DNA of 61,194 nt, the filler included. It is 5 parts of 5 records of this genome, joined end to end, with 100 filler letters (N's around TTAATTAATTAA, not from the genome) between each part and the next. Parts side by side here need not be neighbours in the genome. Positions count along the whole stretch, not along the records: positions 9,739 to 27,482 come from SRR2962707_2504; 4 more parts are not named here. One strand, written 5' to 3'. Of the stretch, positions 10,091-19,781 are shown piece after piece. Position 1 is the first letter of the stretch. Each line of letters begins with the position of its first letter. The notes beneath the pieces are model-generated. The model did no database searches and was not told where the DNA came from. It saw only the letters and a program-made list of their open reading frames with translations. The translations under genes were made by a program, and so were the position numbers.

Positions 10091-11228
10091 CGATCCCGGT
10101 TTCGCGGTTTATGTCCACTGGCCGTTCTGCCAGTCGAAATGCCCTTACTGCGATTTCAATTCCCATGTCGTCGCGAATGTCGACCAGGCGCGGTGGACGC
10201 GCGCGCTTGTCCGCGAACTGGAACGCATGCGCGAGCTGTCTGGCCCGCGCGTCGTGCGTTCGGTTTTCTTCGGCGGCGGCACGCCGTCGCTGATGCTACC
10301 GGAAACGGTCGAGGCGGTACTCGCAAAAGTCGCCGCGCTCTGGACGATGGAGGAGGGCGCCGAGATCACGCTCGAAGCAAACCCCACCAGCGTCGAAGCG
10401 GAACGCTTCAAGGGATATCGCGCGGCGGGCGTCAACCGTCTCTCGCTCGGCGTACAATCGCTCGACGACACGGAATTGAAATTCCTCGGCCGTCTCCACA
10501 CGGCGGAAGAAGCACTGCGCGCCATAGCACTCGCGCGCGAGACCTTCCCGCGTCTTTCCTTCGACCTGATCTATGCCCGCCCCGGTCAGACGAAAGAAAG
10601 ATGGGAGAAGGAACTGCGCGCCGCCCTCGCTCACGCAGCCGACCATCTCTCGCTCTACCAGCTCACCATCGAGCCGGACACCGCCTTCGCAAAGCTCTAC
10701 GAGAAGGGCGCTTTTCGCCTGCCGGACGACGAGGATGCTGCGGAACTCTACGCGCTCACCTCGGAGATTTGCGGCGAAAAGGGATTGTCCGCCTACGAAG
10801 TATCGAACTACGCCGCGCCCGGCGCCGCCTCGCGTCACAATCTCGTCTATTGGCGCTATGGCGATTATGCCGGCGTCGGTCCCGGCGCGCATGGCCGGAT
10901 CGGACAGGGGAACAAGCGCCTCGCGACCCGCGCCCGGAAAATGCCGGGCGATTGGATCGACGCCGTCGAGCGCGACGGCCACGGCCTCGAAGCGGCGGAA
11001 GAAATTTCAGCCTCCGAACAGGGCGACGAAATGGTGCTGATGGGATTGCGTCTTCAGGAAGGCGTCTCGCTCGCGCGCCACGCGCGCCTTGCGGGAAGTG
11101 AAATCGCCTCCGCCCGCCTCGCCGCCCTCATCGCAGATAATCTCATCGTCCGCGACGGAGACATCATCCGCGCAAGCGCCGATGGCCGCATGGTGCTCGA
11201 CGCCGTTCTCGCGCGTCTTCTCGCCTAG
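10071..11228 (+). CDS. hemW: Radical SAM heme chaperone HemW
   Basis: [18 protein letters not shown] (CxxxCxxC), FGGGTPS, YEVSNYA and HNLVYW; rdgB-hemW synteny. Confidence 0.92.
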   Translation: MLASPDSDPGFAVYVHWPFCQSKCPYCDFNSHVVANVDQARWTRALVRELERMRELSGPRVVRSVFFGGGTPSLMLPETVEAVLAKVAALWTMEEGAEITLEANPTSVEAERFKGYRAAGVNRLSLGVQSLDDTELKFLGRLHTAEEALRAIALARETFPRLSFDLIYARPGQTKERWEKELRAALAHAADHLSLYQLTIEPDTAFAKLYEKGAFRLPDDEDAAELYALTSEICGEKGLSAYEVSNYAAPGAASRHNLVYWRYGDYAGVGPGAHGRIGQGNKRLATRARKMPGDWIDAVERDGHGLEAAEEISASEQGDEMVLMGLRLQEGVSLARHARLAGSEIASARLAALIADNLIVRDGDIIRASADGRMVLDAVLARLLA

Positions 11229-11878
11229 AAACCTTCGACATAGTCGGGCTGCGCTTCCGGTGCTGCGGCCTGAAAAGACGGCAGCGCCTCGCAGCGTTCC
11301 ACGATCCGGTTGATCCGCGGAAAATCCGAAAGGCCGATGTTGAAGCGCCGGTAGTTCAGGTGCTGCGGCACGAGAAAAATGTCGGCAACGCCCGGCGCAT
11401 CGCCGAAGCAGAACGGCGTCTCCGCCCGCGCCGCGAGCAAATGCTCAAGCGCGCCAAAGCCCTTCGCCGCCCAATGCGCGTACCAGCGGCTCCGCTTCTC
11501 CTCGTCGAGCCCCATCTCGCTTCCGAGATAGCGATGCACACCTGAATTGTTGAGCGCGTGCATTTCGGCGGCGATCGCGGATGCGAAAGCGCGCGCATGC
11601 GCCCGCGTCACGGGGTCTGCCGGCAGCAGCGGCGGCTCGGGAAACATCTCTTCCAGATATTCGATGATCGCAGTCGACTGCGTGATCACCGCGCCGTCAT
11701 GTTCGAGCGCGGGCACGAGGCCTTGCGGATTGAGTTTCAGATAGGCGTCCGATTTCTGCTCGCTCGCCGGACCGATATTCACCGACACATATTCGTAGTC
11801 GAGTCCCTTCAGCGCCAGCGCGATGCGCACGCGATGCCCGGCCGAGTTGCGAAAGAAGTTATGCAGCCGGAGCGTCAT
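11225..11878 (-). CDS. maiA: Maleylacetoacetate isomerase (GST zeta class)
   Basis: FRNSAGHRVRIALALKG, NPQGLVP, QSTAIIEYLEE and AAPEAQPD end. Confidence 0.85.
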   Translation of the reverse strand: MTLRLHNFFRNSAGHRVRIALALKGLDYEYVSVNIGPASEQKSDAYLKLNPQGLVPALEHDGAVITQSTAIIEYLEEMFPEPPLLPADPVTRAHARAFASAIAAEMHALNNSGVHRYLGSEMGLDEEKRSRWYAHWAAKGFGALEHLLAARAETPFCFGDAPGVADIFLVPQHLNYRRFNIGLSDFPRINRIVERCEALPSFQAAAPEAQPDYVEGF

Positions 11879-11888
11879 GGGATCGCCT

Positions 11889-13172
11889 TCAGAAAACCGG
11901 CGGCCGGAAGCTCGTCGGCGCGGGGTCGATCACCGTCGCACCGCCCGGCCCGATCTCGAGAACGGCGAGCCCCCGGTCGGTGCTGCCGTCCATATTGAAG
12001 CGGAAAATCCCGTCGACGCCCGCAAAGCCGTCCGGGTTGGTCAGAGCCTCCGGTGTGAAGCGTTCTTCCGCTGGAAGCGTCGACAGCGCGATCGCGAGGC
12101 TCACCGCGTCATAGCCAAGGCTCGCGATCCGGGGCGGCGTCTCGCCATAGGCGCGGCGGTAGCGGACAAGGAACTGGTCGTGGCCTTCGGGCTGCGGCGC
12201 GGGAAACCACGCACCCTTGAGCGGCGGCTCGCGCGAAAGCGACGGATCGTCCCAGAGCCCGGTCCCGAGAAACTTCACATCGCGCGGATCGACATCGTAA
12301 TAGGGCAACAGCGGCGCCAACGATTTGAGCTGGCTGCCGCCTTCGGGCAGGAACACGGCATTATAGTTTCCCCCGCCATAGGCCCCGGCCACGCGCTGCG
12401 CCGGTTCATACATGCCTTCGGGGCTCGCCGGGTAGTTCGCGCTCGCGACCACCTGGCCCGCCCGCGCCGACACCGCCTGCTGGAAGGCGGCGCGCACCCG
12501 GTCGCCATAAGTGCCGTAAGGATAGAGTGCCGCAAACCGCGTCATGCCCTGCAGCGACGCATAGTCGACGATCCGCTCCACATCCTCGTCGAGCGGAAAC
12601 GAGAGCAGATGCACGCCCTCGCCGCCGACCGAACTGTCGGACGAGAAGGTGACGACCGGCACGTTCACCTGCCGGGCAAGCGACGCGACCGCCGTCACTT
12701 CTTCCGCGAAAAGCGGCCCGAGAATGAGGTCCGCGCCGGCATCGAGCGCTTCCTTCGCCGCAGCCCGCGCGCCTGTCGCGGTGCCACCCGTCGGTTCCGG
12801 TATCAGCAGGATGTTCGTCGTGTCGAATTCGAAGAGCGCAAGCTGCGCCGCGTTGTAGAGCGCGTTCGACAGCGTCCGCACATTGTCGCGCGGCGAATTG
12901 AACGGCAGCAGCAGCGCCACGCGGATCGGCCTCTCACCCGCCATATGGGCCGGGTTGTAGAAGCGCGAGGGGTCGCGCGTATAGCCGGAAGGCTGCGTTG
13001 CGGGCGGCGGCGTCACCTCCACTTTCGGCGGCGGCGTCACCTGCGGCGGGGGCGGCGTCTTCTTGCCGCCGAGCGAGTCGCAGGCCGAAAGCGTGAAGAT
13101 CGCCGCGATGAGCAGGGCCGATCTCAGGGCCAGCGTCAGGCCGGAGCGGGCGGAGAGAACGGGCTTTGTCAC
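11889..13172 (-). CDS. Penicillin-binding protein activator LpoA-like lipoprotein (periplasmic binding fold)
   Basis: Lipobox LSAC, Pro-rich linker, VALLLP, ILGPLF, LGYDAVSL and GFAGVDGIFRF; divergent from rsmI. Confidence 0.82.
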   Translation of the reverse strand: MTKPVLSARSGLTLALRSALLIAAIFTLSACDSLGGKKTPPPPQVTPPPKVEVTPPPATQPSGYTRDPSRFYNPAHMAGERPIRVALLLPFNSPRDNVRTLSNALYNAAQLALFEFDTTNILLIPEPTGGTATGARAAAKEALDAGADLILGPLFAEEVTAVASLARQVNVPVVTFSSDSSVGGEGVHLLSFPLDEDVERIVDYASLQGMTRFAALYPYGTYGDRVRAAFQQAVSARAGQVVASANYPASPEGMYEPAQRVAGAYGGGNYNAVFLPEGGSQLKSLAPLLPYYDVDPRDVKFLGTGLWDDPSLSREPPLKGAWFPAPQPEGHDQFLVRYRRAYGETPPRIASLGYDAVSLAIALSTLPAEERFTPEALTNPDGFAGVDGIFRFNMDGSTDRGLAVLEIGPGGATVIDPAPTSFRPPVF

Positions 13173-13334
13173 CGGATTTTCCTGAATGACCGGCGCGCCG
13201 AAACGCGCCGGAACTGCATCTGTACTGTTGTGCGGAGCCTACCGGCGGGCTCCCCCCAAGTAAACCGGCAGCCCCGCGCAAGGGTCCCCGCAAGTCGGAT
13301 TGCCAAATCCGCCGCCGGGGGCCAAGGTCCGGGC

Positions 13335-14195
13335 ATGAAAAAGGACGTTCTTTCCGCCCGCCTCGCGCCCGGCCTCTATGTCACCGCGACGCCCATCGGC
13401 AACGCCGCCGACATAACGGCCCGCGCGCTCGACGTGCTCGCCCGCGCCGATCTCGTCCTTTGCGAGGATACGCGCGTGACGGCAAAGCTCTTTGCCATTC
13501 ACAACATATCCGCGCGCACCGCGCCCTATCACGACCATAATGCGGCTGAAATGCGCCCCCGCATCCTGAGGCGGCTGGAAGCGGGCGAGGCTGTGGCGCT
13601 TGTCTCCGATGCGGGCACGCCGCTCGTCTCGGACCCCGGCCTCAAGCTCGTGCAGGAGGCGGTTGCCGCCGGACATAATGTGACGGCGCTTCCCGGCGCT
13701 TCTTCCGTCCTCGCAGCGCTCACGCTGGCGGGCCTCCCGACCGACCGCTTCTTCTTCGCGGGCTTCCTGTCCGCAAAGCAGGAGGCGCGCCGCAAGGAAC
13801 TCGCCGAACTCGCGGTCATCCCCTCGACCCTCGTTTTCCTCGAAAGCGCAAACCGTCTCGCCGCCGTTCTCGCCGACATGGCTGCCGCGCTCGGGGCCCG
13901 TCCGGCGGCGGTCGCGCGCGAACTCACCAAGAAGTTCGAGGAAGTGCGCCGCGGTACCCTGGGCGATCTCGCCGCGCATTACGCCGAAGCGGGCGCACCA
14001 AAGGGCGAAATCGTCATCGTCACCGGCCCGCCGGAAAAACGCGCCGCGCTCTGCGCCCATGAAGTCGATGCGATGATCGAGAATGCGCTCCAGCGCACCT
14101 CCCTGAAGGACGCCGTCGCCGAAGTCGTGTCGATGACCGGCCTGCCGCGCCGCGATATCTATGCCCGCGCGCTAGAAATTTCCGGCGCGAAATAG
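13335..14195 (+). CDS. rsmI: 16S rRNA (cytidine1402-2'-O)-methyltransferase
   Basis: LYVTATPIGN, CEDTR, LVSDAGTPLVSDPG, ARELTKKFEE and KGE; true start near ATG 13335 inside the 790-aa ORF call. Confidence 0.95.
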   Translation: MKKDVLSARLAPGLYVTATPIGNAADITARALDVLARADLVLCEDTRVTAKLFAIHNISARTAPYHDHNAAEMRPRILRRLEAGEAVALVSDAGTPLVSDPGLKLVQEAVAAGHNVTALPGASSVLAALTLAGLPTDRFFFAGFLSAKQEARRKELAELAVIPSTLVFLESANRLAAVLADMAAALGARPAAVARELTKKFEEVRRGTLGDLAAHYAEAGAPKGEIVIVTGPPEKRAALCAHEVDAMIENALQRTSLKDAVAEVVSMTGLPRRDIYARALEISGAK

Positions 14196-14196
14196 C

Positions 14197-14565
14197 ATGG
14201 CGCGCAAGGGCGATGCCGCAACGGGCCGCGCCGCCCACCGCCTCGGGCTCCGCGCCGAAACCCTCGCCGCGCTTTTCCTCGTCCTCAAGGGCTACCGCAT
14301 TCTCGCGCGCCGCCTGAAAACGCCCGCCGGCGAAATCGACATGGTGATCCGCCGTGGCCGCGCGCTTGCGATTGTCGAGGTGAAGGCGCGCGGCGCCGGC
14401 GCGGAGGAAGCACTTCTACCCCGCCAGCAGAAACGGTTGGAGCGCGCAGCCGCGCATTTCCTCGGCCGCAATCCGGCGCTCGCCGAACTCGATCTCCGCT
14501 TCGATGTCGTCCTCGTCATGCCGCGCCGCCTACCCCGGCACATGGCGGATGCGTGGCGGCCATAA
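14197..14565 (+). CDS. yraN: YraN family nuclease
   Basis: GLRAE...KGYRIL, GEID, VEVKAR (PD-D/ExK-like) and RFDV. Confidence 0.92.
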   Translation: MARKGDAATGRAAHRLGLRAETLAALFLVLKGYRILARRLKTPAGEIDMVIRRGRALAIVEVKARGAGAEEALLPRQQKRLERAAAHFLGRNPALAELDLRFDVVLVMPRRLPRHMADAWRP

Positions 14566-14626
14566 TCCTGCCGCATCGCGGCGCTCATTCTCCGCATTGA
14601 TGATGTCGCGGGCGAGGTATCGAACC

Positions 14627-15205
14627 ATGATGAAGATTGCGGGTCTGGCCGTTGCGGCGGCGTTTCTGCTTGGCGGCTGCGTGCCGCTCGCTCTCGGCGC
14701 GGGCGGTGCCGCCGCCGCGGGCGCATCGCAGGAGCGAGGCCTCGAACAGGCCGTCGACGACAATCAGATCGCCTTCGAAATAAACCGCAAGCTCCTCGCG
14801 AAAAATTCCGCGCTTTACTCCGGCGTCTCGACGCAGGTGCGCAAGGGCCGCGTGCTTCTCGCAGGCTCCGTGCCGAAAGCGGAAGACCGCGTGACGGTGA
14901 CGCGCCTCGTCTGGACCATCGGCGGCGTCAAGGAAGTCATCAACGAGTTGAAGGTCGGCGAGAAGGGTGGTTTCTCGCAATCGGTGAGCGACACGACGAT
15001 CTCGACCAAACTGCGCACGCGCGTCACCGCCGACAGCAAGATCAGCGGCCGCAATTACTCCATCGAAACCGTGGCGGGCACGATCTATCTCATGGGCACC
15101 GCGCGCGACAAGGCCGAGCTCGACCGCGTCGTCGCCCATGCGCGCGACATTTCCGGCGTGCGCAACGTCGTCTCCTATGTCGAGGTGAAGCGGCCCGCCG
15201 GATAG
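14627..15205 (+). CDS. Dual-BON-domain lipoprotein (DolP/YraP-like)
   Basis: Lipobox LGGC and two BON repeats (GRVLLAG...GVKEVINEL; GTIYLMG...GVRNVVSY). Confidence 0.88.
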   Translation: MMKIAGLAVAAAFLLGGCVPLALGAGGAAAAGASQERGLEQAVDDNQIAFEINRKLLAKNSALYSGVSTQVRKGRVLLAGSVPKAEDRVTVTRLVWTIGGVKEVINELKVGEKGGFSQSVSDTTISTKLRTRVTADSKISGRNYSIETVAGTIYLMGTARDKAELDRVVAHARDISGVRNVVSYVEVKRPAG

Positions 15206-15268
15206 GCCACCTGTTTCGTCTCATATCGGCGCTTGCCGTCACTGTCTTTTCCACGCCAAGATACCGGC

Positions 15269-16120
15269 ATGGGCACCAGCGGTGACGAAATCGAGCGCGA
15301 GTTGCGCGCGGCGGGCGAGGCGTCGGACGGCGATCTCGACATCGCGCATCTCGGCCTGATCCTCGCCGCCTGCGACCGCCCGGAAATTTCGCTGGCACCT
15401 TACCGCGATCATCTCGATGAACTTGTCGAGGCGGCGCATGAGGCAACGTCGGACGATATCTCGACGCTGCCCTGCGGCGTCGCGGCGGGCATGCTGGCAG
15501 GCGTGATGGCAGGCCGCTTCCGTTATCTCGGCGACGCCGAAACCTACGACGATCCGAAAAACGCAAACCTCGCCCACGTCATGGACCGCCGCAAGGGATT
15601 GCCGGTGACGCTCGGCATTCTCTATCTCCATGTCGGCACGAAGCTCGGGCTCGACATCACGGGGCTTAATTTCCCCGGCCATTTTGTGCTTCGCTTGCGC
15701 GGCCCCGGCGAGGCTCTGGTGCTGGACCCGTTCAATGGCGGCCAGCCGCTCACGCCCGCTGACCTCCTCGCGCTGTTGCGCGGCGTCGAGGGGCCGGATG
15801 CGCGCCTCACGCCGGAAGCCTGCGAAGCCGTCGGCACGCGCGACATTCTTCTCCGCCTCGAAAACAACATTCTGAGCCGCGCCATCAGGGGCGGCGATTT
15901 CGCCCGCGCCCGTGAAGTGGTGACGCGCATGATCTGGCTCGCGCCGCAGCGCGCCGGGCTCCGCTTCGAGCTTGGCCGCCTCGAAGTGCATGCGGGCCAT
16001 ATGGGCGCGGCGGCGGATGCCTTCGCCACCTGCATGGATATCGCCTCCGATATCGGCGAGATGCGGATCGCGGGCATGGCCGAGGAGGCGCTCCGCCGCC
16101 TGAAGCCGAAGCTCAACTGA
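15269..16120 (+). CDS. SirB1/transglutaminase-like core protein with C-terminal TPR
   Basis: YDDPKNANL.HVMDRRKGLPVTLGILY, NFPGHF, DPF and ILLRLENN; start uncertain (15233 or 15269). Confidence 0.8.
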   Translation: MGTSGDEIERELRAAGEASDGDLDIAHLGLILAACDRPEISLAPYRDHLDELVEAAHEATSDDISTLPCGVAAGMLAGVMAGRFRYLGDAETYDDPKNANLAHVMDRRKGLPVTLGILYLHVGTKLGLDITGLNFPGHFVLRLRGPGEALVLDPFNGGQPLTPADLLALLRGVEGPDARLTPEACEAVGTRDILLRLENNILSRAIRGGDFARAREVVTRMIWLAPQRAGLRFELGRLEVHAGHMGAAADAFATCMDIASDIGEMRIAGMAEEALRRLKPKLN

Positions 16121-16250
16121 GCGCCAGCGCCCTCCGGCATGATTTTTCGCTCGCAAACTGCGCCACCTCCCCCCATCTTTGCCCGGAAAACACGAAGGAA
16201 GCCGGCCCGAAGCGGCGCCTGTTGCGCGCCGCCAGCGAGAGAAGAAAAAC

Positions 16251-17189
16251 ATGAGCCTGTCCGTTGCCATCCAGATGGATCCGATCCACGCGATCAACAT
16301 CAATGGGGATTCAACCTTTGCGCTCGGCCTCGAGGCGCAGTCGCGCGGCCACAAGCTCTTCTATTACGAGCCGCAGGACCTCTCGATGCGCGACGGCCGC
16401 GTCTATGCGCAGATGCGTGCGCTGACGCTCCGCCGCGAGACTGGCAATCATTCGACGCTCGGCAGCCGTGAGAAAGTCTTTCTGGAAGATGTCGATGTGG
16501 TGCTGATGCGCCAGGACCCGCCCTTCGACATGAGCTACATCACGGCAACGCATCTCCTCGAAACCGTGCATCCGAAAACGCTCGTGGTGAACGATCCGTC
16601 CGAAGTGCGCAACGCGCCGGAAAAGCTCTTCGCCGTCCGCTTCAAGGGCCTGCTGCCGCCCACCCTCATCAGCCGCGACGCGAACGAAATCCGCGCCTTC
16701 CGCAAGGAGTTCGGCGACATCATCGTGAAGCCGCTCTTCGGCAATGGCGGCGCGGGCGTCTTCCGCATCCGTGACGGCGACGAAAACCTCGGCTCGCTGC
16801 TTGAAGTCTTCGGCCAGATGAACCGCGAGCCGGTGATCGTGCAGAAATATCTCGCCGAGGTCCGCCAGGGCGACAAGCGCATCATTCTCGTGGATGGCAA
16901 GCCCGTCGGCGCGATCAATCGTGTCCCCGCCGAAGGCGAGGCCCGCTCCAACATGCATGTTGGCGGCCGAGCGGAAAAATGGATGCTGACGAAACGCGAA
17001 AGCGAGATTTGCGAGATGATCGGTCCCGAGCTCAAGGCGCGCGGATTGATCTTCGTCGGCATCGACGTGATCGGCGACTACCTCACCGAAATCAACGTGA
17101 CCTCGCCCACGGGCATCCAGGAGATCGACCGTTTCGACAACGTCAATCTCTCAAGCCTCGTCTGGGACGCGATCGAAACGCGGCGGTAG
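16251..17189 (+). CDS. gshB: Glutathione synthetase
   Basis: [34 protein letters not shown] and [10 protein letters not shown]. Confidence 0.96.
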   Translation: MSLSVAIQMDPIHAININGDSTFALGLEAQSRGHKLFYYEPQDLSMRDGRVYAQMRALTLRRETGNHSTLGSREKVFLEDVDVVLMRQDPPFDMSYITATHLLETVHPKTLVVNDPSEVRNAPEKLFAVRFKGLLPPTLISRDANEIRAFRKEFGDIIVKPLFGNGGAGVFRIRDGDENLGSLLEVFGQMNREPVIVQKYLAEVRQGDKRIILVDGKPVGAINRVPAEGEARSNMHVGGRAEKWMLTKRESEICEMIGPELKARGLIFVGIDVIGDYLTEINVTSPTGIQEIDRFDNVNLSSLVWDAIETRR

Positions 17190-17233
17190 CGCTGTTTGCG
17201 CCACCGCTCACGCCGTCGATAGCTTGCGTCGGA

Positions 17234-17404
17234 TCAGTCGTCGACCGTGCGTGTCGTGGTCGTCGTCTGCACCGTCTGGGGCTGTTCCTTGATGACGGTG
17301 CGTTCCGTCACTGTTTCGGAGTCGCTGCCGCAGCCCGCCACAAGGGCGAGCATGCCGATGGCGGCGACAGGCGCGAGAAAACGGGCAATGCGAATGCTGG
17401 TCAT
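17234..17404 (-). CDS. Small (56 aa) putative lipoprotein with Thr-rich tail
   Basis: GAGAGGGA RBS, basic N-terminus, hydrophobic core, lipobox VAGC, then GSDSETVTERTVIKEQPQTVQTTTTTRTVDD. Confidence 0.6.
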   Translation of the reverse strand: MTSIRIARFLAPVAAIGMLALVAGCGSDSETVTERTVIKEQPQTVQTTTTTRTVDD

Positions 17405-17590
17405 GTGTGTATCCCTCTCGGTGATCGTGGCCCGCCCGGCAGAGACAACGAACGCTTTCTCACGCCGTTCCGGCCGTCGCAAACAAACCCCTTTGCAGCC
17501 GCATTTGCCGCATTCTCATGGTGTTCCGCTTGCCGCAATCCGATTTCCCGCTAGGCTTTCCCGTAATCGCTGGTGGAGGAGGGGTCGGGC

Positions 17591-18886
17591 ATGCGCATGA
17601 ACGCAACGAGATACGGTATCGCCGCCGTGGCGGTCCTGGTCGTTCTCGCGGCCTTGTGGACGCTCCGTCCCGGAAGAGAGCCGGAGGCGCCGCAGCCGAC
17701 GCCTGAGGAAGTCGCCGCGCGTATCCACGAAGAAGTCATCACCATAGACACACATGTCGACATCCCGAGCTTCTTCGGCTCGGAGAAGTATGACCCCGCG
17801 CTCCGCAATAGCTGGCCGGTGCAGGTTGATCTCCCGCGCATGCGCGACGGTGGTCTCGATGCCGTCTTCTTCATCGTCTATGTCTCGCAGACCGAACGCA
17901 GCGCCTTCGGTTATGCCGAAGCCGCATCGGAGGCGCTGAAGAAATTCGCCGCCATTCGCCGCATGACGGATATTCAGTACAAGGATCAGATCGGTCTGGC
18001 GCTGACGGCAGCCGATGTCCGCCGTCTCCACAAGGAGAAAAAGCGCATCGCGCTTATCGGCATCGAGAACGGCTATTCGATTGCGCGCGAGCCCGCCCTT
18101 CTCGATTTCTACTACAGCCTCGGCGCGCGTTATTTCGGCCTCGTTCATAATGGCCACAACGACCTCGCCGACAGCGCGCAGCCGCAGGAGAAGTTTTCCG
18201 ACAAGACGAATGACGAAGGCGGCGAGCATGAGGGCTTGAGCGCACTCGGCCGGGCGTCCATCGCGCGCGCAAACGATCTTGGGCTGATGGTCGACGTGTC
18301 GCATGCGTCCCGCGCCGCAACGCTCGCCGCCATCGAGGCCTCGCGCGCGCCCGTCATCGCCTCCCACTCGGCGGTGCTCGCGCTCCGCGATCACCCGCGC
18401 AACATTTCAGACGAAGAGATGAAGGCGCTGGCCGCGAAGGGCGGCGTCGTCCAGATCGTTGCCTTCGACGAATATCTCCATGACGTGCCCGTTGAAAAGA
18501 AAGCCGCCCGCGCGGACCTCGCGGGCTCGCTGGGTCTCACGAGCCTCGACGCCGTCTTCGACGCCAGTGAAGAGACGAAGCAGGAATATCTCGAAGGCGT
18601 CGCCCGCCTCGACAAGCAATGGCCCCGCGCGACCGTCGCCACGCTCGCCGATCACATCGACTACGCCGTGAAGCTCATCGGCATCGCCCATGTCGGCATC
18701 GCCTCCGACTTCCAGGGCGGCGGCGGCATCGAAGGCTGGAGCCACGCGGGCGAAACGCAAAACGTCACCATCGAGCTCCTCCATCGCGGCTATTCGGAAG
18801 CGGACATCGCGAAGCTCTGGGGCGGCAATCTCCTCCGCGTCATGGAAGCGGCGGAAAAGGCCCGCAAGCCAAAACAAGCGCAATAG
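17591..18886 (+). CDS. Membrane-anchored M19 (renal-type) dipeptidase
   Basis: N-terminal TM helix; IDTHVD, GIEN, VDVSH, IASHS, HPRN, HVGIASDF and WGGNLLRV. Confidence 0.9.
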   Translation: MRMNATRYGIAAVAVLVVLAALWTLRPGREPEAPQPTPEEVAARIHEEVITIDTHVDIPSFFGSEKYDPALRNSWPVQVDLPRMRDGGLDAVFFIVYVSQTERSAFGYAEAASEALKKFAAIRRMTDIQYKDQIGLALTAADVRRLHKEKKRIALIGIENGYSIAREPALLDFYYSLGARYFGLVHNGHNDLADSAQPQEKFSDKTNDEGGEHEGLSALGRASIARANDLGLMVDVSHASRAATLAAIEASRAPVIASHSAVLALRDHPRNISDEEMKALAAKGGVVQIVAFDEYLHDVPVEKKAARADLAGSLGLTSLDAVFDASEETKQEYLEGVARLDKQWPRATVATLADHIDYAVKLIGIAHVGIASDFQGGGGIEGWSHAGETQNVTIELLHRGYSEADIAKLWGGNLLRVMEAAEKARKPKQAQ

Positions 18887-18932
18887 GTCGCAGCTTTCCC
18901 CGATTGCCTTCATGTTGCGGCTCCTGTATCTC

Positions 18933-18953
18933 TGTTGATAATCATTCTCAACA
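18933..18953. promoter_or_regulatory. Fur-type iron box upstream of the HugZ-like gene
   Basis: TGTTGATAATCATTCTCAACA is a near-perfect 21-bp palindrome; the core TGATAAT-C-ATTCTCA is one mismatch from the 7-1-7 Fur consensus; 15 nt before the ATG. Confidence 0.8.
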
Positions 18954-18968
18954 ATAGGAACGGGCGCC

Positions 18969-19736
18969 ATGGCCGAGCCGAAGAACCTGCGACTGGATAC
19001 GAACGACGAAGCCCGCTCAATGGCCGAAACGCTGCTCCGCACCGTGCGCTACGGGGCGCTCGCGGTTCTCGATCCGCAAAGCGGCCAGCCCGTCACCTCC
19101 CGCGTCGGCTGCGCGGCGGACATGGATGGCACGGTCTATTTTCCGGCCTCCGGCCTTTCCGTCCATACGAAGTCGCTGAACGCCGATCCGCGCTGCTCGG
19201 TCCTGATCGGAGAGCCCGGCAAGGGCGATCCGCTCGCCCATCCGCGCCTGTCGCTTCTCGCCCGCGCCGTCCGCGTCGAAAAGGACAGCCCCGGTCACGC
19301 CCGGCTCCGCCGCCGCTATATCGCGCGTCACCCGAAGTCGGAAATCTATCTCGATCTGCCGGATTTTTCCTTCTACCGCCTCGATTGCGAGCGCGCCTTC
19401 CTGAATGGCGGCTTCGGCAAGGCTTTCGACCTCACCGCCGCCGACATGTTCCTCGCGCATGACGAACTCCTCAATGAACTTTCGAAAGTCGAGGAAGGCG
19501 TCGTTACGCATATGAACGAGGATCACGGCGATGCCGTCGGCCTTTACGCGACGGTGCTCGCGAAGGCCGAGCCCGGCCACTGGCGCATCGTCTCCATTGA
19601 TCCGCACGGCCTCGACCTCGCAGCCGACCAGCGCGTGATCCGCCTGAATTTCGCCGCGCCGCTCACATCGGCCGCCGAAATCCGTCCCGTGCTCGTGCAG
19701 ATGGCGAAGGACGCCCGCGAGAAGCTCGCGGGCTGA
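18969..19736 (+). CDS. HugZ-family heme-binding/utilisation protein (PNPO-like split barrel + DUF2470)
   Basis: SGLSVHT..L.ADPRCSVL.GEPGKGDPLAHPR, LPDF, LNGGFGKA and HMNEDH. Confidence 0.85.
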   Translation: MAEPKNLRLDTNDEARSMAETLLRTVRYGALAVLDPQSGQPVTSRVGCAADMDGTVYFPASGLSVHTKSLNADPRCSVLIGEPGKGDPLAHPRLSLLARAVRVEKDSPGHARLRRRYIARHPKSEIYLDLPDFSFYRLDCERAFLNGGFGKAFDLTAADMFLAHDELLNELSKVEEGVVTHMNEDHGDAVGLYATVLAKAEPGHWRIVSIDPHGLDLAADQRVIRLNFAAPLTSAAEIRPVLVQMAKDAREKLAG

Positions 19737-19781
19737 GGCGGCATCGGTTAGCTTCTCCGGGTCCACACACGGGGAAAGTTC

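Noticed and set aside
11823..14195. 790-aa ORF as a giant RsmI fusion
   Set aside because: The first ~500 codons are the antisense shadow of the LpoA-like gene; RsmI motifs begin near 13335.
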